Shown here: piece by piece, positions 25,621 to 39,001 of the stretch | How positions within the stretch are numbered: the stretch's first letter is position 1 | Layout of the letters: every line of letters begins with the position of its first letter | NCBI RefSeq assembly: GCF_030028105.1 | Contig: NC_092385.1 | Span: 44,131,433-44,195,432 of the forward strand | Length of the DNA: 64,000 bases | From: Mobula birostris | Lineage: Eukaryota | Direction of reading: 5' to 3' | Notes under the pieces: model-generated | Told to the model about the DNA's origin: nothing | Database searches by the model: none | The model's input: only the letters and a program-made list of their open reading frames with translations | Made by a program: the position numbers and the translations under genes

Positions 25621-28124
25621 TTTCACACCCAGCTCTGGCTCCCGTAGCTATCAAACTCTGCTTACAAACCCCAGAATCAGCCTTCCACCCAGCACACCTC
25701 CTCCCATTCAATATTGTTCCAACAACCTATCAACGCGGTTCCCGCCATTTCCTTCCCTGCCTTGGAGGCTAATAAAAGAGATTAAACAAATGCTTAATAG
25801 CGTGACAATCAAATATACTGATTTATGATTTTGATACAACCACCAACATAATTACAGGATTAAATGTGGATATATCAATCACTTCAATGGTAGGTGCTGT
25901 TTGATTTTTGCAATCATTGTAAGGTGCCTTGATAATATATTATACATTGTGCAGCATATCTAATGATTCAAAAGTGATGACGTTGATCTGTGCTGCTAAA
26001 TTTACTCCTGGAACTGACTTCATTCTTCCATCCTATAACTAGTGATGTAAATTTGCTACCATTTTAAGCAGTCATAAATAAATAACTAATTCAAATTCTC
26101 AGAGTCCAAATGTTAGTGCATGACATTCTCACGCTCACACAAATCAACTGGAAACTACTATATCTTGGTCCCTTTTGCAAATACTTTTTTTGGAGAACGT
26201 TCTGAAATATGGGAAGGATTTGTGAACCTATTATCAGTAATTAGTCTTGAAATGAGCTTCAAGGACAACTTGAGGGCTTTGTTAAGTGTCATTTTATTTA
26301 AACCGACTGAACAGGTACATTTTGCTGCAGTATAATTTTCTTACTAATTCATGAGGCTGGTTCCAATTAATTCATATCTGTATGTTTTTAATACTCCAAA
26401 CTTGAGGTCATGACATTTCAAATAATAATTTTTGAATTGAATAATAATAATGATGAATGTGAAACATAACTCATTAATTCCTCATTACTTAATGATTTAT
26501 ACATGATAGTTATGAAACATGACTGTCTGCTTGAAATCTATACTCATGATAACTAATTCCCATGTATAACATGACAAGGTGAAATTCAAATAGATCATTT
26601 ACTGGGGTTATGTGCACTATTTATCACATGTAAACCATTTTTTTTGATCAAGAAAATCCCCTCACAAATTCACAATAATTTTCAAATTAAGTCTTTAATA
26701 TACTAATACTGCAAACGAAGGCAAAAAAAAAATCCCTTGAGCCTTCTCTGCCGTACATGAGATTATAGCTATCTTTATCCAGCCTGCCTTCCCCACTTCC
26801 TTTAGTACCAAACAGAAAATGATCAGTTTCATATTTAAAATTATGAACAACTCACCTGTAACAATTGCATTTATTGTATAAACAAATTTTCCAAAACCTC
26901 TCCACATTGAAGAATTGCCCAGTTGTTCCCACTTACCATCAAAACAACATAATATGCTGACTTTATCTCCACACACTCAGGAACTCAAATTTCTCAAGTG
27001 GAAAAAAAGATAACAAGTGACACATGAAGAGCCAGGTTTTAGTTCTCATCCTCCCACTGCCATTCTCAGGTTAAAGCTGTTGGCTATCAAAGCTGGGAAG
27101 ACAAAACACCTTGCACAATATCATGGGCTGAAGGGCTTGTTCCTGTGAGGGTCTGCTTTCTGTTCTATGTTCCACAGCAAATTACAATGGATATTTCCAA
27201 AACTTCCTACAGAACCCAGAAACATGATAAATTGTTGCTTATAAATTGCAACAGTTCTCACTGATATTTTATCAGCAGAGCAGAAGTCCAAGGGCTTCTT
27301 CAAACCTGGAAAGAGTCTGGTGGCTCAATATCTCCAGTCAAGAATACTCATTAGTTCTGTTGCAAGGTCATGGTGCATATCCTCCAAGTAAGGATTAGAC
27401 CTGTCATCTCAAAAGAGCATGCCAACTTAATAATTGAATATTTGTTGGTACTGGCAAGTCAACAGAAGCTGAATATCAACGTAATTTAAAAGCTTGTTGA
27501 ACATGCATTAATCATTCCTCTGTGAGGCGGAAAATGATACTGAAGCTATCCAGGCCTTTGACTCTCAAGCTCTCAGCAATCCAATTACAACGTGTCACCC
27601 AGAAATTTTAATATTCTACCTAGCAGATAAAACCAGCCATGTGAATAACAAACCGTTACAGAGTTCTGCTTTGGTACTAATCCTTATTAATCTTTACAGC
27701 AGTGATATTCCTGAGACCAGACCACACAATTTCAAGGATGTATATATCACACTCCTCAAAATAGTGTGTGAATCCATGAAACCAAGACTATGATCTCCAC
27801 CTTCCACCCTAACTCTGAGATCACTAAATTCCTCAGCATGAGTTTTGTGATGTTCTTCCTGACAGTGCTCACACTTTCTGGGTGATGATACATGCACTGT
27901 CCTGGCATCACTGTAATTATACATTCCAGTTCAGAGGCAAACCTCAGTGATAGGGAAAATCCAATGCTACCATGAGAATGGAATCAGAATTAGGTTTAAT
28001 ATCACTGGCATATGTCATGAAATTTGTTACTTTGCAGCAGCAGTGCACTTCACTTAACTAAATTACAATAAGTTTACTGTATATAAAAAAATAAGTTAAC
28101 TAGTAGTGCAAAAAGAAAGGAGCT

Positions 28125-28944
28125 TAGGAGGGATAATGACGCATAACAGCAACTCCTTTGTTTGCATCTTCAGAAACAGCTCTATTTCCACTTTTAATAT
28201 CCTTATTTTTCCCTTTCAGGGTTCCTTTGAAGACCCTGACCTGGAGTTACACGCAGGCTTCGGTCCTTTGCGGGAATGGGACCCATTCTTGGGGTTCCAC
28301 GACTGGGCGTTTTTCGACATGCCTAGGGTTTGGCCGAAGAGTCTCGATCGTGTTCGAAAGCCTAAGATGTCAGGACTCTGGAGACAGGCGGATCGAGGGT
28401 CAGTGTCACGGCAGGAGACTCGTGTGTCATCGGGGAGGCCGGAAAATCTTTCGCTGTTGGCCTGAAGACCCAAGGTCTTTGCAATCTTCGGATAGAGCTA
28501 AAAAAAAAAGTGATGGAACGGACTTTTATCATTGTAAACCAGTGGGCTGTTGTTATGTCTCCTGCTCACTGTGAAAATGGGGGACACCTCCCTCTCCCTT
28601 GCCGGGGAGAGAGAGAACCTGTGGTTTGCTGAATGTTGGATGAAATGCGAAGCCTTTTGGGTAACTTTGGCCTGTGTCTTTGCTATTGTTTAGCTCACGC
28701 TTGTGCTCAGTAGCGGGTGCGCTTTTTGTTTTGCGGTGGGGGGAGGGGGGGATTGTTGCTTGCCACCACTTACATGCGGGAGACAGGAGCCGGGGGGGCA
28801 CTTTGGGGTTCTCACGTTTAACTGTCATTCATTTTTTGGGGCACTTCTCTGTTTTCGTGGATGTTTGCAGAGAAAAAGCATTTCAGGATGTATACTGTAT
28901 TATATACATTTCTCTGACATTAAATTTGACCTTTGAACCTTTGA
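28125..28944 (+). mobile_element. GC-rich non-autonomous retroelement with GACATTAAA + (TTTGAACC) tail
   Basis: CpG-rich block interrupting a Rex1 tail; short-repeat 3' end; no credible ORF. Confidence 0.6.
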
Positions 28945-29567
28945 AAAATTACTGAGGAAGTGTTTATGGGTTCATTGTCCTTACAGAAATCTGATGGTGG
29001 AGGGGAAGAAGCTGTTCCTGGAATATTGAGTGAGAGTCTTCGGGCCGATGTACTTCCTCCTCATAACTATTCAATAAGCTTCAAGACCTTGGCCTCAATA
29101 ACCCCTTGTGCAATTAGATCCTCAATTCCCTCACTTGCAGACCCCAGGCAATTTGTATGGGCAACAACATCTCCTCCACAGTTTCTATCAGCGCAGGAGT
29201 ACCACAAGGCTGTGTGCTTAGCCTTCTGCTTTACTCGCTTTACACTTATGACTGCATGGTTAAGCACAGCTCCAATGCCGTATTTAAGTTTGCTGATGAC
29301 ACTAATGTCATTGGCTGAATCCAAGGTGGTAATGACTCAGCAAACGGAAGGGAGACTGAAAATCTGGCTGAGTGTGCCACAACAACAACCTCCTGCTCAA
29401 TAATCAGCAAGACTGAGGAGCTGATTGTTGACTTCAGGAGGAGGAAACCAGAGGGGCATGAGACTGTCTTCATCGGGAGATCAAAGGTGAGGAGGATCAG
29501 CAATTTTAAGTTCCTTGGTGTCTTATCCTGGGCCCAGCACACAAGTGCAATTACAATAAAAGCACGG

Positions 29568-29835
29568 GGGGCCGTCTGGTGGCACAATGACATTGGCACC
29601 GGACCCAGGAGCAGAGGTTCCCGGGTTCGAAACTAGTTGGGTCTGCTCCCGAGTATGCTTTCCATCCCTGCCGGGTTGAGTGTCCAGATTGCAACTCGGC
29701 TTCATAAAATAAAGGAAAAAAATACTGCAAAAATGTCTGTGAGAGTGGCACACCACACAGTATCTTTCTCGCTCCGCGCCTTGTAAAAGCCATGAAAAAG
29801 ACATCATCACAGACGCAGGCACACGCCTAAAACAG
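29568..29835 (+). mobile_element. tRNA-derived SINE
   Basis: A-box-like TGGCACAATG and B box GGTTCGAAAC; 9-bp TSD AAAGCACGG at 29559-29567 and 29836-29844. Confidence 0.8.
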
Positions 29836-30051
29836 AAAGCACGGCAGCACCTCTACTTCCTTTGAAGTTTGTGAAAATTCAGCATGACATCTAAAACTTT
29901 GACAAACCTCTAAAGATGTGCAGTGGAGAATACACTGACTAGTTGTACCACAACCTGGTATAGAGACACCAATGCCCTTGAATGGGAAGCCCTACAAAAA
30001 GTAGTGGATACGGCCCAACCCTTTATGGATAAAGCCATTCCCACCATTGAG

Positions 30052-31199
30052 TCCCACGCGGAAGGTTAGTTAGGAAGTTTCAATCATTAGGTATTAATAT
30101 TGAAGTAGTAAAATGGATTCAACAGTGGCTGAATGGGAGACGCCACAGAGTAGTGGTAGATAACTGTTTGTCAGGTTGGAGGCCAGTGACTAGTGGTGTG
30201 CCTCAGGGATCTGTACTGGGTCTAGTTTTGTTTGGCATATAGATTAATGATCTGGATGATGGGGTGGTGAATTGGATTAGTAAGTATGCAGATGATACTA
30301 AGATAGGTGGCATTGTGGATAATGAAATAGGTTTTCAAAGCTTGCAGAGAGATTTAAGCCAGTTAGAGAGTGGGCTGAAAGATGGCAGATGAAGTTTAAT
30401 GCTGATAAGTGTGAGGTGCTACATTTTAGTAGGACTAATCAAAATAGGACATACATGGTAAATGGTAGGGCATTGAAGAATGCAGTAGAACAGAGGGATC
30501 TAGGAATAAAGGTGCATAGTTCCCTGAAGGTGGAATCTCTTGTGTACAGGGTGGTGAAGAAAGCTTTTGGTATGCTGATCTTTATAAATCAGAGCATTGA
30601 GTATAGGAGTTGGGATATAATGTTTAAATTGTACAAGGCATTGGTAAGGCCAAATTTTGGAGTATTGTGTACAGTTCTGGTCACTGAATTATAGGAAAGA
30701 TGTCAACAAAATTGAGAGAGTACAGAGAAGATTTACTAGAATGTTACCTGGGTTTCATCACCTAAGTTACAGAGAAAGGTTGAACAAGTTAGGTCTTTAT
30801 TCTGTGGAGCGTAGAAGGTTGAGGGGGGACTTGTTAGATGTATTTAAAATTATGAGGGGGATAGATAGTGACATGGATAGGCTTTTTCCATTGAGAGTGG
30901 GGGAGATTCAAACAAGAGGACACGAGTTGAGAGTTAAAGGACAAAGTTTAGGGGTAACATGAGGGGGAACTTCTTTACTTCGAGAGTGTAGCTGTGTAGA
31001 ACGAGCTTCCAGCAGAAGTGGTTGAGGCAGGTTCGGTACTGTCATTTAAAGTAAAATTTGGATAGCTATATGGACAGGAAAGGAATGGAGGGTTATGGGC
31101 TGAGTGCAGGTCGGTGGGACTAGGTGAGAGTAAGCATTCAGCATGGACTAGAAGGGCTGAGATGGCCTGTTTCCATGCTGTAATTGTTATATGGTTATG
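30052..31199 (+). mobile_element. CR1 LINE, 5'-truncated (RT C-terminal half to tail)
   Basis: SGVPQGSVLG, KYADDTK, MKFNADKCEVLHF, EYCVQFWS, RRLRGDL; TTATATGGTTATG tail. Confidence 0.92.
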
Positions 31200-32496
31200 T
31201 TAAGCACATCTATACAGAACGCTGTCACAGGAAAGCAGCATCCATCATTAAGGGCCTCCACCATCCAAGCCATGCTCTCTTCTCACTGCTGCCATCAGGG
31301 AGGAGGTACAGGAGCCTCAGGGCTCCCACCACTAGGTTCAGAAACAGTTATTACATCTCAACCATCACGCTCTAGAACCAATGGTGATAACTTCACTAGC
31401 CCCATCAGTGAGATGTTCCCACAACCCATGAACTCACTTTCAAGTACTCTTCATCCCATGTTCTCAATATTCTTTGTTATTTATTATTATTTCTTTTTTA
31501 TTCTGTATTCCCATAATTTGTTATCTTTTGCACATTGCTTGTTTGTCCGCCCAGTTGGATGTAATCTTTCATTGATTCTGTTGTGGTTCTTGGATTTATT
31601 GAGTACTGTATGCCTGTAAGAAAATGAATCTCATAGTATATGGTGACCAATATGTACTTCAATAATAAATTTACTTTGAATTCTGAAGGTAGCAATAAGA
31701 AGAGGGCATGTCCTGGGTGGAGGTCCCTAATGATGAATGCTGCCTTTTTGAGGCATCGCCTGGATGTTGGGGAGCTTTATGCCCATGGTGGAGCTGTTCA
31801 AATTGACAACTTTCTGCAGCTTTTTCCAATCCTGTGCATTAGCCCTTCCATATCAGACGGTGATGCAACCAGTCAGAATACTCTTCATGGTACATCTGTA
31901 GAAAAATGCAAGTGTCTTGGTGACTTACCAGTTCTCCTCTATCTTCTAATGAACTGAAGGCAATGTTATGCCTTCTCTATAATTGCATCAATATGTTGGT
32001 CCCAGGATAGGTCCTGAGAGATGTTGACACCCAGGAACTTGAAACTGATCACCTTTTTCACTATGTTCCCTCAATGAGGTCTGGGGTGCATTCCCTTGAT
32101 TTCTCCGTCCTGAAGTCCACAATTATTTCCTTGGCCTGACTAACATTGAGTGCAAGGTTGTTGCTGTAACACCACTCAATCAGCTGATCTATCTCACTCC
32201 TGTATGCCTCATTGTCAGCATCTGAAATTCTGCCAACAATAGTTGTACCATTGGAAAATTTATACATGAAGTTCAAGCTGTGCCTAGCCCCGATTGTGGA
32301 TATAGAGAGTGTAGAACAGTGCACACCCTTGAGGGTCGATTGTTAGTGGGGGGGATGTTATTTCTGATCCGCACAGACTGTCGTCTCCTGGTGAGGAAGT
32401 CAAGGATCCAGTTGCAGAGGGAACTACAGAGGGCCAAGCTTTGGAGCTTTTTGATTAGAACTGAGGGCATGATTGTGTTGACCACCATGCTGCGGT

Positions 32497-33260
32497 CCAT
32501 AACGCCATAAGACATAGGAGCAGAATTAGGCCACTCAGCCCAGCGAGTCCACTCCGCCATTTCAACATGGCTGATCCCGGATCCTGTTTAACCCACACAC
32601 CTGCCCTCTAACCATATCCCTTGATGCCCCAACCAATTAGGAATTTGTCAACCTACCTTAAGTATACCCATGACCTTGGCCTCCACCGCAGTCTGTGGCA
32701 GAGCATTCTACAGATTCACCACTCTTCCGCTAAAAAAAAAAATCCTCCTTTCTTCTGTTCAAAAAAGACACCCCTCAATTTTGAGGCTGTTCCCTCTAGT
32801 TCTGGATACCCCCACCAGAGGAAACATCCTCTCCACATCTACCTTATCTAGCCCTTTCAACACTCGGTAGGTTTCAATGAGATCCCCACACACTCTTCTA
32901 AATTCCAGTGAGTGCAGGCCCAAAGCCGTCAAATGCTCCTCATATGATAACTCCTTCATTCCCAGAATCATCCTCGTCAACCTCCTCTGGACTCTCTCCA
33001 ATGACAATACATCTTTTCTGAGATAAGTGGCCCAAAACTGTTAGCACGTAACTTGACTAGTGCCTTATAAAGCTTTATTATCTCCTTGTTTTTAATATTC
33101 TATTCCCTTTGAAATAAATGGCAACATTGCATTTGTCTTCTTTACCACAGACTCAACCTGCGAATTAACCTTCTAAAAGTCTTGCATGAGAACTCCCAAG
33201 TCCCTTTACACCTCTGATATGTGAGTTTTCTCCCCATTTAGATAATAGTAACACTGTTGT
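32497..33260 (-). mobile_element. CR1 3' fragment
   Basis: ORF 32759-33007 (LERVQRRLTRMI...GDLIETY...VDVERMFP); CR1 tail. Confidence 0.9.
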
Positions 33261-33599
33261 TCAATAATCTGCAGTCTGACATAGATAATACTATTGTTGA
33301 GGTGATCCAAGGCCGAGTGGAGAGCCAGTGAGATTGCATCTGCTATCGACCCATTGTGGTGATAGGCAACTTGTAACAAACCTAGTCCTTGCTTAGGCAC
33401 AAGTTGATTCTAGCTATGACCACCTTCTCAAAGCACTTTACCCGAGTACAAATGAGAGCCACTGGGTGTGACAGTCATTGAGACAGCTCGCGCTGCTCAT
33501 CTCGGCTCTGGTATGAATTCACTCCTTTTGATCAGTAAAAGACTCAATTCCACCATTGCTTCTTTCTCCATAATCTTACTAACACATAACTGGCACGAC

Positions 33600-34027
33600 A
33601 GAGCTGTATTCAAGAACACTATAGAAAGGATGTTGAGACTTAGCAGAGGGTGTAGAAGAGGATCTGATAGAAGCATATAAGATTACCAGAGGCACAGACA
33701 GAGTGGACAGAGAGCATCTGTTTCCCAGGGTTAAAATGTCTAACACTAGAGGGTATTGAAGGTTCAAGGGGGATGTGAGGAGTAAGTTTTTTTTACTCAG
33801 AGAGTCATGTATGCCTGGAATGCACTGCCTGGTAAGATGGTAGAGGCAAATGCATAAGAGGCTTTTAAAAGACATTTGGATAGGCACATGGATGTAAGGA
33901 AGATGGAGGGATATGGACATAATAAAATTTGGATGGATTAGTGTTTGGGTGTTTTTGATTTGCCTTTTAGCTAGTTCTGCACAACACTGTGGGCCGAATG
34001 GCCTGTTCCTGTGCTGTACTCTTCTAT
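33600..34027 (+). mobile_element. CR1 3' fragment
   Basis: DLIEAYKI..G.DRVD motif; GGCCTGTTCCTGTGCTGTACTCTTCTAT tail. Confidence 0.8.
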
Positions 34028-35519
34028 CAAAACACCATAAAACCCTGGTTATCCTTAAATAGCATTAACCAGTACTTATTTATATGCTGAGATGCTGCAA
34101 ACTGGAATTAGGTGAAAAAACTTCTGTTGATCTAATTGGCCTGGAAAATCACAATTGAGCATTCAACTGAAGACTCTATATAGGATCTGCCTGGATTCAA
34201 ACTGTACAGAAGATTATGGGTTGCACTGAATTAAAAAATAAACAATGTAGGAGGGCCATCTTCAGAAAACTAAACAGAGTGGATGTGAAATACTGCTTAT
34301 GCGTCACGTAGTCAACTATTGCTTTGAATACATTTGAAGAAGAAGCACCAACACCAAGGAAATTCATACATCAAGAAAATTCTGATGACAATTAATGGAC
34401 TATCAAGCCCAATAAAAGGCTTTGCTTAAAATTTCAAGTCCAAATCTCTTGTATGGATTCATCAGTGTAAACTGCTTCTCTTTATCCATCATATCAGATA
34501 CCCTTAATATCTTCAAATCATCATCCAATCTTACCTGACCCTTATAAGTTACAAAAATACAAGCTCTCTCCTCCTAAGTTAATTCTTGGAGCTTTTTTTG
34601 GTATTCTGATCAATCTAATCTGGACTCCACTAGTCTGTCTATCGTCTAATGAGAGCTTCACATTATGCACTAATAATTGTTGGCATACAGGTTCTGAGCA
34701 ACATTCATTACTTTCGAGAAAGAGGAGTTATTTTTTGATGTCCTGTATCTGGTGACAACTTTCAAACATAAGCATGCTGGGATCATTAGGGTTGGTGAAA
34801 GAGCAATACTTCTAATCCTGCAGTTGAATGGTCTCCTCTCCGCTTCAAACATTGGTCTCTTTCAATTCATGAACACAAAAATTCATACAAAAAAGTCATT
34901 GACAACTGCCTCCCTGTAGAACGGGAAGCTTCCAAGTTAATGAACCACAAAAAATTAATTGGGATAGAATCATGTTTTTGAGGGGTGTTCTGCACAAGGA
35001 CCATCCAGTTTTTGGCCACTAACCTTCTTCCATAAATCTGGTGCAATAGCATCTCCTGAATAATCTGAACTTCTACCTGTCATCATTTTCCTTTCTGTAA
35101 AATACTCAGCCTTGAGGAGCAATTTCAATTACATATAAATTATCTTTAGAAAGTAATCTTTTCAAAGTAAAAGCTGCAACCAATGTTACAAAAAGTCCTT
35201 TTTTTTGTGACAACAGCAAAATATTTAATGAAAATTAAAGTAAAATCCATGATGGAAGAAATCTGATGAAAACTGACAGGAAATATGCAACAGTACAGGC
35301 TACCTTTGTGGAAACAGAAACTGAGATAATATTTAATCAGAAGTGGAAATGTTAGAAATCTTATTTTTCCATTTGCAGAGAAGTGGGAGTGATGTAGAAA
35401 ATATCAGTGATAAGATGGAGACCAAGACAAATTAAATGATGGTGGTACCAGCTGAGAAAAGGTGGGCAAGGCTTGTGAGTTGCATCTGGACTGTGTGGAA
35501 GACATACAAGTAGTAAGAA

Positions 35520-36320
35520 ATAGAGTCATAGAATGCTACACCATAAAAGCAGACCCTTTGGCCCATCTAGTCCATGCTGATCTATTAAACTGCCTCGTCC
35601 CATTGACCTGCACATGGACCAGCTCTTCATACCCCTCCCATCCATGTATCTATTTAAATTTCCTTTAAATGTTGAAATCGAACCCACATCCACCACTTCC
35701 ACTGGCAACTCATTCCACACTCTGAATGAAGAAATTCCCACTCATGTCCCCCTTCAACATTTCACCTTTCACTCTTTACCAATGACCTCTAGTTCTAGTA
35801 TCTCCCAACCCCAGAAAGAAAACACAGACATGAGAAAATCTGCAGATACTGGAAATCCAAAGCACACATGCAAAATAGCAGAGGAATTCAGCAGCATTTT
35901 GTGTATGCTGCCTCAAAGGAAAAAGCAAGCGTGCATTTACCCTATCTGTACCCCCTCATAAATTTGTATACCTCTAACAAATCTCTCATCATTCTTCTAT
36001 GCGCGAGGGCAGAGGTTGCCAACCTTTTTTATGCCATGGAGCTGTACCATTAAACGAGGGGTTGGTGGATCCCCGATTGGGAACCATGCTCTAGGGAATA
36101 AAGTTCTAATCTGTTGAAGCTTTGCCTATAACTCGTGTCCTCAAGTCCTGACAACATCCTTGTAAATTTTCTCTACAGTTTTTCATTACTATTGACATCT
36201 TTTCTATAGGTAGGTGACCAAAAATGCACACAACACTCTAAATTAGGCCGCACCACATCTTATACAATTTCATTATAACATCCTTACTTCTGTACTCAAT
36301 ACTTTGATTTATGAAGAACA
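35520..36320 (-). mobile_element. CR1 3' fragment with small nested insertions
   Basis: RVWNELPVEVVDVGSISTFK motif; CR1 tail; PLE-tail remnant at about 35815-35910. Confidence 0.85.
36010..36088. mobile_element. About 80-bp hAT-type MITE
   Basis: Imperfect TIRs CAGAGGTTGCCAACC / GATTGGGAACCATG; 8-bp TSD-like flanks CGCGAGGG / CTCTAGGG (6/8). Confidence 0.65.
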
Positions 36321-36321
36321 T

Positions 36322-36991
36322 GATGGAGGAGAAGACGGCAGCGCACGCGGCCACTTCAATGGTGATGTCTGTTATCTGTCAAGTAGGGGACCGTGCACAA
36401 TTCTGATTTGATGGAGACGGACGTGAGAGTACAGAGGAGCATCTGGAAAACTTCTGAAATGCCCGCTTCGCTGCCACTGTGTGGTAACCGGAATCTCCAG
36501 AGCAGAAGGCCCCGAAATCCTTGGCTTTGCATGTTTCAGTGGCCGGGCCGAAGTTGAAGGTGCTCGGCAGAGGATGGCGCTCGGGAGGCTGTATCGGAGA
36601 GGCTGATCGGAAGCTCAAAGTATTCGGGTGGATGGACTCAGTGTCGGCTGTGGTCGGCTGCTTCCAAGGCATCGGCAAGTTGGCGGTGCCTGGAGGTTTA
36701 TGGCAGAGAGTTTCTCCTTTTTGCCGCCTGCTATCGGGGACTCGGGAGTCGATCGACTCGGGGACTTTTGAGACTTTTTTTACCGTGCCCATAGTTTGTT
36801 CTTCATCAAATTATGGTATTGCTTTGCACTGCTGTAACTATATGTTATAATTATGTGGTTCTGTCAGTGTTAGTCTTTGGTCTGTCCTATTTTCTGTGAT
36901 ATCACTCCGGAGAAACATTGCATCATTTCTTAATGCGTGTGTGCATTTCTAAATGACAATAAAAGAGGAATGAGTGTTCGCATAATCTAAT
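36322..36991 (+). mobile_element. GC-rich non-autonomous retroelement with GACAATAAA...ATCTAATC tail
   Basis: CpG-rich 5' part, AT-rich 3' part, polyA-signal-like motif and short-repeat end. Confidence 0.6.
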
Positions 36992-37370
36992 CCTTCCTCA
37001 AGTACGGAGACCAGAACTGCACACAGTACCCCAGGTGCAGCCTCACCAGTACCCTGTATAGTTGCAGCATGACCTCCCTGCTCTTGAATTCAATCCCACT
37101 AGCAATGAAGGCCAACATTCCGTTTGCCTTCTTAATAATCTGGTGTACTTGCAAGCCAACTGTTTACGATTCATGCACAAGCACTCCCAAGTCCCTCTGC
37201 ACAACAACATGCTGCAATCTTTCACTATTTAAATAATAATCTGCTCTTCTATTATTCCTTCCAAAGTGGATGATCTCGCATTTACCAATGTTGTATTCCA
37301 TCTGCCAGAGCTTGGTCCGCTCACTTAACCTATCTGCATCCCTCTGCAGACTCTCGCATCCTCTGTACAA
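36992..37370 (-). mobile_element. CR1 RT C-terminal fragment
   Basis: LQRDADRL...WQMEYNIGKCEIIHFG...QRDLGVLV. Confidence 0.9.
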
Positions 37371-39001
37371 TTTGTTTATTCCATCCCCTCAAGACAAAAG
37401 GATGCCACTGTATCCAATTTGTCCTGCTACACTTACAAATGAAAGCATGCGGCCACGTAAGCTGAGGAAGCACTTGGAGACAGCGCACAAGGACAAGACT
37501 GTCAAGATAGGATTACTTCAAAAACTATGTGATAATTTTCAATCAAGGCCGACAGTAAAGAAAATGTTTAGTAAAAAAAGCAGCAAAGATGGTCAAAGTT
37601 TACTTGCCTCCTATGAGATTTCAAACTTAATTGCAAAAGCTGGCAAGCCACATAATATAGGTGAATCATTGATTCTGTTATAATTTCTACTGTTATGAAT
37701 CAGAGCGCATATGAAACTATTCAAGCCATCTCCCAGAGCAACTCATCAGTTTCAAGGCAATATTGATGACATGTCAGATGATGTGGATAAACTACTCATT
37801 GCACAAGTCAAGAAGTTTGCCCTGCAAATCGATGAAAGCACATTACATGATAATGAAGCCTTTCTGATGACATATGTTGAGTTTTTGAATGATGATCAGG
37901 CCAGTAAAGAAATGCTTTTTGCCTGAGAGCTTAAGACAGATACAAAAGGTAAAAGTATTTTTGAAGAAGTCAAGACTATCTCTTGGAAAACAATATTCCA
38001 CTGGCAAATATAATGGCTTGTGCTGCTGGAAAGTATAATGATACAGTTTTGACAGTAAGAAGATAGAGGATTCTTGTTCATTAAAAAATGCCGTGCCTGA
38101 TATTTCTTGCATGCACTATATCATTCACCGTCAGCATTAGGTTACCAAAATGTTTGCATGACACAGTGGCCGCTGTAATAGTGGCTGTCAATTTAATCAA
38201 ATCTAATGTACTTTAAAATCGTCATTTTTGCCAACTTTGTGAGGAAAACGAAGAATATTATGAATGGCTACTAATGCATTTGATGGTTTTCAAAAGGTAA
38301 TTGTTGTTTTGCTGCACTCTGGGATGGTATTATAGCATTTCTAAGTGATAAGCAGCTTGAAGAACAAATTGTGGCTGCTAAGTCTGACAAATTTTACCTG
38401 TCAGATATATTTAAAAAAACTGAATTTATTAAACAAACAGTTGCAAGGATGAAACTGCAATCTCATATCATGCAAAGAGGCTATTACTGCTTTCCTTGGA
38501 AAACTCAATTTTCAGCATCAATGTTTGACATTGCGAATTTATGCAATTTCCTTCACTGGCCACACTTAAAACAGAATTGCAAAGTGATGATATGATTGTA
38601 TATCTTAATCATTTGAAACAACTGCACATTGATATCGAATTTCAGATCAGGGACCTATTCCAGATTGGGAGGTGGGTTCAATTGGGGTGAACGTAATTGA
38701 TGTTGACACCACATTGCAAGAATGTCTTATTGAAGTGCAGAGTAATATAACAGCTCAAACTAAACTCAACTGCAGCAAGCAAAATTTCTGGATAACTAAT
38801 GATATTCAAAATAAGTTTCCACAGCTCTGGGAGAAAGCAAAGTTGTTTTTCATTGGATTTCCCACCTCTTATCTAGTTGAATGTGGTTTTAGTCAGGTCT
38901 TCACCTGCTCTCAAAAGCTTGTAACCTTCTTGATTTTTTGAAAAGTTGCAAACAGATATTCAGAAACTTGCTAATTTATATCCGTCAGAAAGATCTCACT
39001 A
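37371..39001 (+). pseudogene. Buster-type (ZBED5/SCAND3-like) transposase, multiply disrupted
   Basis: ORF fragments 37270-37683, 37711-37926, 38371-38595 and 38672-38941 in colinear order. Confidence 0.85.

Larger units (their letters stand above)
29065..31680 (+). mobile_element. Rex1/Babar-like LINE, RT to 3' end, with nested SINE and CR1
   Basis: GVPQGCVL and FKFADD at the DNA level (about 29195-29300); RKAASIIK.LHHPSHALFSLLPSGRRYRSL; AATAAATTTACTTTGAA tail. Confidence 0.85.
27980..33520 (-). mobile_element. Rex1-like LINE in four pieces (about 27980-28120, 28945-29060, 31681-32495, 33262-33520), host to nested insertions
   Basis: Motifs LALNVSQAKEIIVDFR, LCNWILDFLT and DAISLALH lie in colinear order on the minus strand. 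Confidence 0.8.

Noticed and set aside
34430-35200. Possible minus-strand exon(s)
   Set aside because: The frames examined close quickly, and part resembles a very old CR1 3' end
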